Part shown: positions 12,558-24,220 of the stretch, piece after piece
Layout of the letters: every line of letters begins with the position of its first letter
Numbering within the stretch: position 1 is the first letter of the stretch
NCBI GenBank assembly: GCA_051942245.1
Contig: JAVECL010000112.1
Coordinates: forward strand, 1-51,126
Source of the DNA: Trypethelium eluteriae
Taxonomy: Eukaryota
Direction of reading: 5' to 3'
DNA length: 51,126 nt
Program-made: the position numbers and the translations under genes
The notes under the pieces: model-generated
Seen by the model: the letters and a program-made list of their open reading frames with translations, nothing else
What the model was told of the DNA's origin: nothing
Databases searched by the model: none

Positions 12558-14044
12558 GACGGGTGAGAAGCAAGCGTTTCGGATACAGAATTATTCGAGG
12601 GGCAAGCAAGGGCTTGCGCGTATTTCTTTACTCAGACCCCCCCTCAAAATTTCTCTGGACAAAAATGTGAAAAGGCCAAGATTCTCACTAGGCCTTGACC
12701 GTCTTGTACTAAGAGGAAGAGGTTAGTCCTGGAGGATTGGAAGCGACCTGGATCTCCGAAGAGCCACGACGGCGAGGAGCGTTGATTGGGCGGTCATAAG
12801 GGTGGTAGGCAGCGTGCGTTGTCTGGTGGCAGACAGACGGGACAAGCTAGCTCAGCTGTAGCAAGCATAGATGATCAATAATTCCGGAAAGCTTTCAATG
12901 GACATGAGCATCGATTGTTGAGCCGTGCTTAGCTTTAAGTGCAACCAAACGCTCATGGAAGCTTTCATCACTGGTCCAAGGAGCCGCGCTGGACCACAAA
13001 GTTTCCGGAAGGCTTCTATGCATAGCATGCAGGGCATAACCCTGGCCAGAAATCTCAGTCCCTGGAACCCGCGTTTCAGAGGCCAATAGTCCGGTATGTT
13101 TTTGAACTAGTGCCGTGCGTCTCTACGGCTGACTACTGGTCGTGATGAATGAGGTACTTTTCTGATTGAACGAAATTCTGCAGGCTTGGATCGTGAGTGA
13201 GAGAGGAACACTCCAGGATAGCGCACAAGCACTATCTTATTCGGTCTCAGGCTATTTCAAGCAGGTATTTTGTCTAGCGGCTCGTCGTTGACACGCAAGC
13301 TGGGGTGAGGCGTAAGCCAAAATCTGCGAATGCAACACTAAGCATCGTGGGATGGTATTTTCGTAGCTTGGCAAGCAGGTGCTGCATGGCTTGTTTTCCC
13401 TCAGCTCACGATGGCTACATCAGGTCCACCCGCTCCTTTAGGGGCCCCGGATGAGCTGAGTCGCGAGTGTGTGTGCGATGACTGGTCGACGAGATGTCGA
13501 TTTTCCTTAGTCGCTTCATCCCACGCCGTGAGACGGGCATGGATGTTGGCTTGCGTACTGCTACATGTAGTACCTTAGGCACGATGGGGTTCCTTCTAGC
13601 GCCTTTCTTTGCATGTTCTCCCGCGTCCTGCCGCCCTCTTCACGCCGGGACGAGCATCCATGTACATATGCTGGGTACCTCTGCACTGGTAACAAGTGCC
13701 CTGCTGCGGAGTACTCCGTACACTTTGTTTAGGGCGCCAAATTATGGCGTCGGCACACGCCCTTTTCGTCGCCTCCGCTCGATTGTCCTGCGGAGCTAGC
13801 GTCGATCATACAGCAACTATGTCCTCTAGCTGACAAAACGGCAAGACGTACGGAGTACTGAGGTCGTCCACAACTTTCGGCACGGGGATATTGCTTAGCC
13901 GCCGCCCTAATGCCCGCAGCGCCATGAGGGATGAGGTGCCAGCTGCCAGCCGGCATCTGCATTCTCTCGTCTCTAGTACGAGTGCGGAGGGACTCTTATT
14001 CTCCATCAGGCTCGCTGCTGGCTGGTCTCAACGAATCGCCCCTG

Positions 14045-14209
14045 CCTTACAAGGGTTTTATGCTTCTGTCAGACTGACCAGGCTCTCGGAGCCGATTATG
14101 TAGCTTGTCGCATGGTTGACATCGCAATTGGGGGGCCCACGCTTGATTTTCGGTTCACACGTGTTCAGCAGCTGATTACCAGTTGAGGAAGCCCCCGACC
14201 GCGGTAAGG
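14045..14209. mobile_element. Degenerate second copy or solo terminus of the 23719-23889 foldback element
   Basis: 14173-14209 TGATTACCAGTTGAGGAAGCCCCCGACCGCGGTAAGG matches 23853-23889 at 32/37 nt without gaps. A much weaker left end CCTTAC...GGT...GCTTC starts at 14045. Confidence 0.6.
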
Positions 14210-15996
14210 TAATCACAGCAGCTGTACACGCGCTCTGCAGCAGCTCCAAAAGGAAGCATGCGCTTTAGCCAACCCCTATGTGCGAAGACTTCAAAGCCGA
14301 CAGCACAGGCCAGTAGTAGGTCTGACAGTGTGACCTACTCTAGGCAAGTGATCGAGTGCGATGATGACGTTATACTTCTAATTCACTTCAGGGCCTTAGG
14401 CATCGATATAAAATTGGTGCTCGATCCGAGTTGCTTGACACGTAGCAGCTCCCCTCAATCCGGCCCACGAGCGTCCTCTCAGGAAGGTTGGCGCGATGCC
14501 ATTATAAGATAAATCAGCACGTGCAATGAGAGCCAGTCGAAGTTCAGCTGGAACGCATTTTCGAAACATTTCCTTACCAATGGGGAATGGCATAATCCAA
14601 TCCTGCAGGCCCGGTGTGCAAGTCCAAATCCGTCACAATCTCCGAGGGTTGGCATTATTTAGGAAAAAGAAATTGGGAACTTCCCCTAGCATCTCCACGT
14701 CTACTTACGTAGACATTATGTCTCGCTTATAGTTTCATCGTTCTGGGTTCAGCTGTTTTCCCGTCGGACAAGCTGTCGCAGCGCCGCCAAGGCTCGTCAC
14801 TAGCTGCGGTATTGTACCCTCTGACTGACACCGACCTTCTAGACTTTATACGTTGCTGAGTTTCGTTTTGAATCATGCACAGCTATAAAAAGACTGCAGA
14901 GCTTTTGCTCCTTCAAAGAGTATTCTTGAGAGACCTAGCTTCTCGCGATCTTGATGAGCATCGTACGAGGCTTGCAACCCGCATAAGTCACCCGCATTGT
15001 ATGTCGGCTCCTTCCTGCATAGGTACTATCTTTATCCCGCAGATGTTTTCAATCATGTGATACGCTCCTGGGATCTATTCCGGCGCGTCAACGTTCGCAT
15101 CTCGCTGGCAGCGCCCCCCGAGCTTCCTTTTTCGCCCCAACTCTCGTCGCTAATATTCTGCTGCGAGCGTGGCGCCACTCAACTCGCTTCGTCTTCCATC
15201 GAACGATGAGCGTCTCATGCTCAACCCAATACAGCGCTGAGTGAGCCACTTTTCTGGAGGTGCCTAGTTTCTTCGTTTCAGAACACGGTTGATGGCAATC
15301 TCACACTTATGGAAGCAAAGTAATTTGATGCAGACAGCGTTCACATGCTACAAGGGTCAAAGCCTATGCTGGATTACCTTCGGGCAATTGACTTGGCCAA
15401 ATATCTATCTACACAAGCAAAACGACTATCTGCTAGGTTTTGAGCATCCATTAACAAATCTAGCGGTGCGGAAATTAGCGGCAAAGTACTGTATGGCTAC
15501 TTGTGGGTCAATGCGCAGTGCATGTCCTTACTCGGCCCCGGTGGGTCCCATACATGTGTATCAATGGCGGATAGTATGGCTCTTTTTCCTGCTCTAACTG
15601 CCACAGAGTGGCCGTGCTTCACGGGCTTGCTCCGTCATGAAGACAACCCATGTTTCGACCGTTGTCTAGTTTGAAAGGACTCGAAACGACTGGCTGGGTG
15701 TTTTGATAGTGCTCCAAATTGCTGTAAGACGATAAATGCTCATACGGATCAAAGGTTCATCGTCGTTCTGTGCGGCTGTCTCCCATATCTATGGAAAAAC
15801 TTATTATTATTCATCAATTACTAGCTTTTCTTAAATCCACTCTTGAATGTAGCCAGGTCAGATCAAGACTCTGGTGCCTAACGACCACTGCGCTCGGCGA
15901 TAAGATGAGAAGAGACAGATCAGTTACAAGCTGGGAGAGACTAGGCCTCAAAGTGCCCTTATCACTCTGGAAGACGAGCAATCCACAAGCCCCGTT

Positions 15997-16764
15997 TCAA
16001 ATTGACCTGTGCCGAGCATAAGTACGAGCAGATGGACGACTACAGTACCGAGGCTCCCCAGGATACCCATTCGAGATGCGCTCCGCCAGCTGAAGTCGAC
16101 GCATTTCCAAAGAGCCAGCATCAAGGCCATGGCTTTGCGCAAAGTTGTGGTCACCGTCTGGCACTGTCACAGAGGTCAGTAAGCTGAAAAGTTGCGGAGC
16201 GTCGAGTAGCCTCTGAGCCTTACCAAATGCGTGCGGTCCACGAAACATAGCTGCTCGTTGTCCGACGTTGAAAACTCTTTGATCATTGAATTGAGAGCCG
16301 ATTCCTAGGTGCAGCATGTCCGCTGGTGTGCCTCCCAGAGAAACTGGAGCCAGACCGCGTGACAGCCGCCATGTAACATTAGGATCCTGGTTCACTTGTC
16401 GCTGCGACACGGTATGCATTGCCTGCGATAGGTGGGTACGAGAGAATGAATGCCGGCGCTGGTATTGAGCACCGGCGCAGGATGCCTGAGGAGGAGAGGG
16501 GCTGTCCTGATCAGCATTGACCGTGAATGAGCGCCCACCTCTCTTGTAAGGTAGCCCTGTAGTTGCATGAGGGTTGACGACGTCCGAATGGCTCTTCCCG
16601 GGCCCAGCCGGAGCGGAGGCAGCGCGTGTCTTTTGACGTCGATGGTCCATAGCCTGGTTTGGTGCAACAGCGTCGGTCCTAGAGCAATTTTTGTCTGCAG
16701 AAACCAGAAGATGATGAGGGGTTCCCGGAACAAGTCCTCTCTGGCTCCAAGCCGGGTCAGACAT
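15997..16764 (-). CDS. Hypothetical protein with one 60-nt in-frame intron (16223-16164)
   Basis: 255-codon ATG ORF containing a canonical GTAAGG...CTGAC...CAG intron that preserves frame. No family recognised. Confidence 0.5.
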   Translation of the reverse strand: MSDPAWSQRGLVPGTPHHLLVSADKNCSRTDAVAPNQAMDHRRQKTRAASAPAGPGKSHSDVVNPHATTGLPYKRGGRSFTVNADQDSPSPPQASCAGAQYQRRHSFSRTHLSQAMHTVSQRQVNQDPNVTWRLSRGLAPVSLGGTPADMLHLGIGSQFNDQRVFNVGQRAAMFRGPHAFGKAQRLLDAPQLFSLLTSVTVPDGDHNFAQSHGLDAGSLEMRRLQLAERISNGYPGEPRYCSRPSARTYARHRSI

Positions 16765-19528
16765 GGCTGGAGAGGTAGGGTCTATCCGTTACTCTTCCTC
16801 CCAAAGTATTTGGCCTCGCAGTCTTCACGCTGGTAGGGCAATGGCTCGGCCCTTGGATCGTACAGGAAAACCACAGACGACGGCACCACGCTTGACGCTA
16901 GTCAAAGCAAGAAAAACGAATATGCCGCCTCAGCTCTGGCCTAGGATATCGCTCGGGTGAGTATCGTAACGCATATGGACAAGGTCACAAGGAGAGCGCA
17001 GTTAAGGAACAGTAACACAGAAGAAGCTCTTGGCAGATGAAAGAGGACAGCAGGTGACAAGGTGCATTACCGCAGCACAGTTACGCAAAGAAGTAGCTTC
17101 AACGGACCGACTTGGTGAAGGGCCGAGCAGAGAACCGATGACAGAGAGTAAGGCTTAACGAGAAGGGCAAATGCCGCGGGACCTGGCAATTCGTGAACAG
17201 CGGAGACAGCACAGATTAATATTCCGTTGTATTCGTCACATTCATCGCAGTGAGCAAAACGCAGCAAGCACCAACTCCAAACATCACCGAGTTAATAGAA
17301 GGGCACTTCCCTGTCGGCGCGCCACAAGCATTTTGCATGTATGGTCGAAGTGATGATCTCGTATGCTAAACCAATAGCGACTTGTGACCACATGTAACGG
17401 GAGGGCAAAACAGGAGCAAAGAAGGGGGAAGACCGTACCCCAAGTTTCCACAATCTCGTTGACGAAAGGCGAAGTCCAAACATTCGGTCACGACAGCCAT
17501 GTGGGGCCAGTACAACGTTTCATGGATGCCGAAGGCGTGTCTTCGAGAAGGGGCTCCCAGGCAAAAGCGAACCCTGCTGCCAGACTCAGAGGTGGGGTTC
17601 TCGTGTGGCTCTTGTATAGATACATTGGTCTCGCTCAAGTGTCTTGTAAGCAAGAGAGCCCTTCTGGTACTGTGACACGTAGCAGGCTGTTCAAGGCGCA
17701 AACCGCCATGCGAACCACAGGGAAAGGTGGGAAAGGCAAGCCCGCTGTCAGGGGAAAAGAAAATCTCGAGGTCTTACATGTGCATGCCAGCTGGGGGGGT
17801 GCCCCCCTCCTTCTGGCGCGGCTCTCGGGTCAGCAAATCATGGGCTCCCACGCCAGCGATGCCCGCTCTACAGATCTCCTAGAATGTTTGCGTGACCATA
17901 GCTGTCAACGCCGCCGGCGCCACCGGGCTTCAGGAGATTGTCCAATGTCTCGCGGTCTGAATTGAGCCGCTTGACCGGGTTCTCACGCAGACGTAACTGT
18001 TGTCTCAGATCACTGTTGCTGTTCTCTCGGCATGCGAACATGCCAATCAACCCTTTCGCGACTTTCGGTTGGTGGAGGTCGCAACTTGCCACAGTAGAGG
18101 CTGATCAGCCTCATATCCAGTCGGCTGATTCAGATGACTTTCCCTCCCATTAATGAAGTCTTCGAGAGCTTTCGCAAGACAGCAACGGCCAGCGCTGCCT
18201 CGGAGCTTGAGTTCCCGGCACAGGAAAGGGGTCATTGCGCCAGCAGGCCGCAGGCTATCAGACACCAACCTTTCTTGCGACCAACTGAGTAAGCCGAGAA
18301 TAGTCGAGCATAAATCTCAACAACAATTTGACAACATTGTTCCGAGGCACCTGGAAGAGCGGATCCTGACCAAGGATTGATCAAAGCTGTGGGGCCACTC
18401 ATGCACCCAGCACATAGATGAGGAGATCTCCCTCGCGGTGCATGACACATTCAGATTGCGCTCACACCCACGGTGCCCACGATGCCCTACAAAAGAGCGG
18501 TGCTGACTCGAGCTCGAGCCTTGGAGATATGTACATACCTAGATCGGGAATAGTCCATCGGGAACACTCCACCGCTCCACCGGTCTAGGTACCGCTTTGC
18601 CATTCGGTGCGAGGGCCGCCCCACGACGGCGCGACCGCGGCGATCGCCGAGCCGCGCTTTCCTACAAGAGGTAGCTCGACGCGTACCCACACCAAGTACC
18701 TGACGTCTTCCACAATGCGGTAATACTGTGGTTACCAGTCCACACATAGCTAATTTGTACCTGAGATGCTAATTGTCGCGTGCGATCACCCGCATGGTCG
18801 GGCATGCTAGCTACCTCCACAATTTGTTGCTTTCTTTTCACGGCTTGCAACAGTTGGAAAAGCCGCCGATAAAACGAAAGAAGTTACGGAGCATGCGTCG
18901 TCAAAGTAAGCGTGAAGTACGAAATACACATGGTACGTCGTAATCATTTAACGCGTGCGCCGGGGGCCTCCTGCAGGTGGCCGTGGCCTCGGTATCATCA
19001 CCGGACGGTGCAGTGCCTTAGGAAATTAAGCTCAGAATCCAGAAGACGGCTAGAGAAGAGGCACAGAGGAAGACTGGAGAAAGAGGCGGCGGCTAATGTC
19101 TAGAACGGCAGGGTTGATTTGGTGGGCTTGCAGCTCTCTGAACGCGACGTACGGATCATCCGTGTGGTTGGCAGCTAATGGCTGGCCATTTCGTTAGCCC
19201 TCCTCTGACGTTGGACAAGGTGGGCAAAGTACAGTAAAACGGGCAGGGAGCATGGGAGGGAGACGTGGTGGGCCAGGCAGAGCCCACACTGTGCCACCTC
19301 GCAAGACAATCCCCATCCGTGCCGCTAACGTTACACCTGTAGGTTGATTTTAACTTCACGGCGGGGTTGACTACAAATTTTGGCGTTGCAGAGGCCACTT
19401 CGACTCCCCTGTCTGCTCTGTACGGCTCCGACAAACTCACCAAGCAGGAAAATGCTGCTTACGCGGTATCGCTAGCGCATGACCGTCGAAGTTCTGATGT
19501 CGACCGGCTTGAAATCACCAAGCCCCAA

Positions 19529-20358
19529 ATGTCCCATCCCAAGGATTGCGTTCTTAGGATGCCGGAGCTTCTCGAAGGTATTCTCCTTGCCTTGATACAT
19601 GCAGTGCCATCAGCCTTATCTGCACCGCATCAGCCGTCTGCTTTGATGGATCTCCTCTCGGCACGGCGGGTCAAGCGTCAGTGGCTCGCCACTATCAAGA
19701 ATTCGATAGCACTGCACGCGCTCTCTTCATCACTCCGGACGGAGCCGCTATAGACCCGGCCGAACCCCCGGGCGAGTCTCTCCAATTTCCTTTCGCCGCT
19801 ACCAAAAGATCATGCCGCGTCGATGTACTACTCCACAGTCGATTCGGCATGGAATTTCTCACTAGCCTCGACTTTTCTCGGAGCTCGGGTGGTGACTGGT
19901 GAGACCCCCTGTGAAGATGCACCACCATGTCGCATTTGTGGGGACCTCCATGAGAACTGCGAGTTTCGCGACTTTCCCGTGGAGATGCTCCAGATGTCCA
20001 TGCCAGATCCGGACCAGTACAGAGATCCTGACCGTAGACTAGGTAATCGCTTTCTAGATCCGCAGGCTTCGTGGTGCAAAATGCTTGCCACTCAACCGCC
20101 TCATAGGCTCGCTTTCACCGAGATGGGCAACCTTGACGGTGAAGGTATCATCGACTGGGCGCGACTGAACTTTTCGATTCGTTCTTCAAGGAGATCACCG
20201 AGTCTTAGGTCACCCACAACGGAGCAGGTATCAAAATGGGTGACATAATGTCATAAATATGGACACAATCTAGCCTCAATGACACTCGCTTGGCCCTGAA
20301 TACACTCTGGAAGCTTCTCAAGCGGGTGAGAGAAGAAATTGTCGGCTCGCAGAGTTAA
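19529..20358 (+). pseudogene. Frameshifted fungal F-box-like protein pseudogene
   Basis: VLRMPELLEGILLAL...MDLLSARRVKRQWLATIKNSIAL, then a 1-nt loss at about 19716 (CTG CA- CGC GCT CTC TTC = L[Q]RALF). Later motifs ASWCKMLATQPP and NGAGIKMGD follow after further frameshifts, with premature TAG/TAA. Confidence 0.75.
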
Positions 20359-20438
20359 TATTGAACCTTCACGTTGTGGTCATGCTAGTCAATGGATCTG
20401 TTTTCTTTTCCTCGGTAATATTGGGGCATTCTCCGAGC

Positions 20439-21503
20439 TCACACCAATCTAGTAATCAGCTTGCCTTGATTCTTACCCTCAAACAACATCATCCAAGTTC
20501 TCGGAACATCCTCGAAGTTGGTTTCGACGATTGTTTCGCTTCCCTCGTCAAGCTTTAGCTTTCCTTCTTTGAGTGCTAAAGTCAAGGCTTCAAGGAAGCC
20601 CTTCGCCTTTCCATTCGCTATAGCATCCGTCACGATAAATCCTTTCACTTCCAACCGATTTGAGATGATCTCATACCAGTTCTTCATACCGATCGCCTCA
20701 CCGTATCTATTGTAAGTCGAAATTGACCCACAGGCTGCAATCCTACCGAACCTTTTCATCCTCGACAACATCAGGTCCAAAATCTCTCCACCCACATTAT
20801 CTAAGAACACATCCGCATCCCCCTCTGTTGCCCTCTTCAAGTCTTCTTCGAAGGATGTACTCTTATAATTCAAACACACATCCGCGCCGAGACTTTCGAC
20901 CCACCGACACTTTCCCTCACTCCCCGCAATTCCCACCACCCGCTTCACCCCAACCATCTTCTTCGCCACCTGCACCGCGACACTCCCGACCGCACCCGCC
21001 GCACCGCTCACCACCACCAGCCTATCCTCCGCACTCAGCCTCGCCACATCCAAGAGCGCGTAATACGCCGTCAGGCCGGGGCCCCCGAGCGCGCCGATGA
21101 ACACCGTAGGCGAGATACCCGGACTCGTCTCGAGCACCCGCAGCTCCGCCTCTGGCAGCACCGCATACTCGGTCCAACTCGATTGCCCCGTCACAAGCTG
21201 ACCTGGCTGCAGCCGCGTCTCGCTACCTGCTGTGACAACCTCGCCAATGGCGAAGCTGCGCATGGGGCTGTTGGCAGGCACCGGCGTCGTGTACAGGCGG
21301 GCTGGGTCGATGTCCTTCTGGATCCAGCCGCGCTGCGCAGGGTCGTTGGAGAAGTACAGTGTCTTGACGAGAGCGGAGGTGGCGTCCGGGGATGGGAGGG
21401 CGCTGGTTTGCAGGGTGAAGGTGGGGTTAGGGCCAGAGAGGACGGGGTCGCGTGTAGGGGGGTTGGTGACGATCCATTGGCGGGTTGAGGTTGGGCCGGA
21501 CAT
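20439..21503 (-). CDS. NADP-dependent oxidoreductase, MDR superfamily, prostaglandin reductase/2-alkenal reductase-like; intronless
   Basis: Motifs LYFSNDPAQRGW, GALGGPGLTAY, VVVSGAAGAVGS, FLDNVGGEILD, RIAACGSISTYN, FEGKNQGKLI. ATG 21503. Confidence 0.95.
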   Translation of the reverse strand: MSGPTSTRQWIVTNPPTRDPVLSGPNPTFTLQTSALPSPDATSALVKTLYFSNDPAQRGWIQKDIDPARLYTTPVPANSPMRSFAIGEVVTAGSETRLQPGQLVTGQSSWTEYAVLPEAELRVLETSPGISPTVFIGALGGPGLTAYYALLDVARLSAEDRLVVVSGAAGAVGSVAVQVAKKMVGVKRVVGIAGSEGKCRWVESLGADVCLNYKSTSFEEDLKRATEGDADVFLDNVGGEILDLMLSRMKRFGRIAACGSISTYNRYGEAIGMKNWYEIISNRLEVKGFIVTDAIANGKAKGFLEALTLALKEGKLKLDEGSETIVETNFEDVPRTWMMLFEGKNQGKLITRLV

Positions 21504-23399
21504 GGTGGAAGGAGGGGGTTGAAGGAGGCGAATTGGGATGATGGAAGGAGCGAGGTGGGGAAGAGGCAAATATTAGGAGCTTGACGCGAAATATGAGGCT
21601 GCCACCGCCATGGAGTCGAAAATTCTGGAAGCTCGTTACCGGCGATGTTGTCACTTTGCTTAGAAATCGGTCATGCGAGATGCACGCACAAAATCTCTCC
21701 AGGGTGCCAATGTAGGCTGCCCCACCCCCGCCGTGCCGACTAGTATGATCTGCGTCGGCGGCTCCTCCCTTGCCACGGTGCCTCCTTCGCCACCTCCGCC
21801 ACAATAAACGGTCAGAGACGGGAGCACCAGAGACAACGCTAGTTCAACAAGGATTTAGAGCCTAGATGCCGCCACTATCTCGCCTATTATGTGCCGAACC
21901 CTTGGTGCCTTAGGAGTTCCCTCCGAAGCGGTTCGCAGAACCAGCCTTGTTGATCTAACTTATTCTGGACTGCGATGGACGCAGGATTGTGGATCACTCG
22001 TCACGACATTGCCAGGCTTATGATCCCCGATGAAGATCTCTACAGGCAAACCCGAGATGAGGCAGAGGCAGTCGCGGTAGGAAGCTTCAGCGCCTTCAAG
22101 TTAGGCTATTGGATCTTCGGCCATATTTCCGTATAACTCGAATTTAGCGAATTTCTATATATAGAAAAGGGTTTCTCCTGTGATACCGCTCACATACCTG
22201 AAGGATCACCACCATTGACGGCAGGCAACTATGTAATGGGACCAATTGGAACTGGTCACAGATACGACTAGCGAGGCTCTTATCTCATCTCCTCAACTTA
22301 AGGCAAAATTCTGCTGCAGTCTCACATCGTGCCGGGCTCAATTTCCATTCCAATTGGCCTAGCCCTGGGGAACAGAGGATGAGGTAGAGAAGGGACGTGA
22401 ACCCTTTTCCGTCCCTGCCACGTGTGACGGGACGTAGGTACTCTTCATCAAGGCATCGTCACTCGGGCGCTTAGCTCGTCCCGTCCGTTAACTCGTGCCG
22501 CACGGTGAACCCACTGTGGCAATCGTGGTGCTCTGAAGACGGGCCTGCCGGAGTCGGTTGTGCGGTGATGCGGTAGATTACCGCCATCGAGAGAAATCAA
22601 TGACTGGAATGGCAGCCGTGCACGTCGCCGCCCAGAATCCTTCCAGATCTACGATCTGCCATCTGCCATCGTCGCCCTTCTCGATACAGGACATAATTGC
22701 CGAGCATGGCGCGGCAAGCACGGCCTGGTGCCGGTGGAGAACGCCGCGCTTCGTTGGACAAGTCGACACGGAAGATTCGTGGGGTCGGACGGGTTCCAAT
22801 TTCTTTCGTGCTTTGCGTGGCGACATTATTAGCAGCTGCAGAAACACCGACGAAGGTGGGCTGCAATCAGGCTGTGGCGACCGAGCTTCCATGCCTAGAG
22901 TCAGGTATGTTAAAGGCGATTGATAAGGTATATTCCACTATCCTGAGAGCCACTTGCCCGGTGCTCTGTAGAGAAGACCCCGTAAGGTTCGGTTAAGTGT
23001 CTCTGAAAGTACAGTAGTGGCGACCACTTGGTACGTCCCCGACTCTCTATGAAATTACACAACCTCTTGCGGACATGGCTTTTGGAGCTCTCCACTGCTC
23101 GCGGGCATGTCCGCGGACTCACACACAGCCGACATTTCACAGCATCTATGCGAGATAATGATCCCCTCGCGCTCGCAAGTTTTTGGTAGGTTTCTGGAAA
23201 GCGATCTGGCTTGATATCCCTAGCATAAGATAAAGGAAGTGATGGAGATATATGAGTCCCGCCCTCTTGTAGAGCTGCACGGCTAGTCAACACTGGAATA
23301 TTCGAGGGTTGAAGAGAAAAGCCACGCTGGAAACTTTGTTCTTACCAGCATAGTCCTATCAAGCGATCTTCATTAAGCCCATTTTCCGCGTAGCTGTGT

Positions 23400-24220
23400 G
23401 GACGAAAGCTCAGGAGACATTGCCAGTAGTGATGGGCGCATTTCCCCCTCTCCCGCGCATGGTTGTGGCAAATGCTAACCGGGCAGTCTAATTGCTCTTT
23501 GCTCGGACGATACAAGGACTGCGAGAAGGATAAAGGTACTCGAGCGAAGAGTCAGTCGAAATTAGCCTCTCGTAGCGAGATGTCCTCTTTGAGCTTGCTA
23601 GAGCGCTGACAATGGGAGCAGAGCACCCACCCTTCTAGCCAGTCTTGTTGTCGAACAGGCTTGAACCATTTGGGAAGAGATAGATCAGATCCGCTATCCC
23701 TGATCTGACTTAAACCAACCTTACCGCGGAGGGGGGGTTCCTTAGCTGGTGTTCAATACAATGTCATATCAACTTTACTGTTATGACCATGTTAACACCG
23801 TGTTAACATGGGTCAATATGATCATAACAGTAGAATTGAGGTAACATTGTATTGATCACCAGTTGAGGAACCCCTCATCCGCGGTAAGGAAGAATGTCAA
23901 CGTCTCCCGCCCACGTGCCTTGCTCTCGGACAGACACTTTGGCTTCAACCTAAAAGGCCTCTTCGTCACGATGTCCCTGAACTCCGGTATCCAACGCCAG
24001 TTCGTAGCCCGTGAGCGAAAGATGCGGCGAGGTACTTCGGAAGCTGCCTTGTTCTTTCCTAGCATCGAGAGCATGATCGGGATATAGATCGCTTGGATCA
24101 CTCAAGAGAGCTTTTGACACGTAGATTTTGTCGCCAGCAGAGATAGCCATGATATCTCTGACCTTCTATGGAGCTTGATCCAAATATCCCGTATCGAACA
24201 ATGCTTCAAGGATAGAAAAT
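23400..24220 (-). pseudogene. Decayed copy of a conserved Pezizomycotina hypothetical-protein family, interrupted by the foldback element; may extend upstream towards about 25000
   Basis: Collinear conserved-looking blocks LFDTGYLD, IMAISAGDKIYVSKALLSDP, SFRSTSPHLSLTGYE, VEAKVSVREQGTWAGDVDIL, CSH, IVRAKSN*TARLA. In-frame stops at 24168, 23952, 23490 and 23412, plus a frameshift near 23590. Confidence 0.7.
23719..23889. mobile_element. 171-bp non-autonomous foldback/MITE-like element, termini CCTTACCGCGGA...TCCGCGGTAAGG, flanked by AA on both sides
   Basis: Arms 23719-23796 and 23812-23889 are ungapped inverted repeats (65/78 identical, 10 of 13 mismatches transitions) around a 15-nt spacer. 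Deleting the element plus one AA restores the host pseudogene frame. Confidence 0.85.

Noticed and set aside
12600..19400. Many 60-190 aa ORFs, e.g. 17384-17965
   Set aside because: Mostly non-ATG starts, random Arg/Ser/Cys-rich composition and no motifs; consistent with chance ORFs at about 50% GC.
22152..22167. 16-bp perfect palindrome TTTCTATATATAGAAA
   Set aside because: Low-complexity TA core; could be a TATA element, but no adjacent gene supports it.
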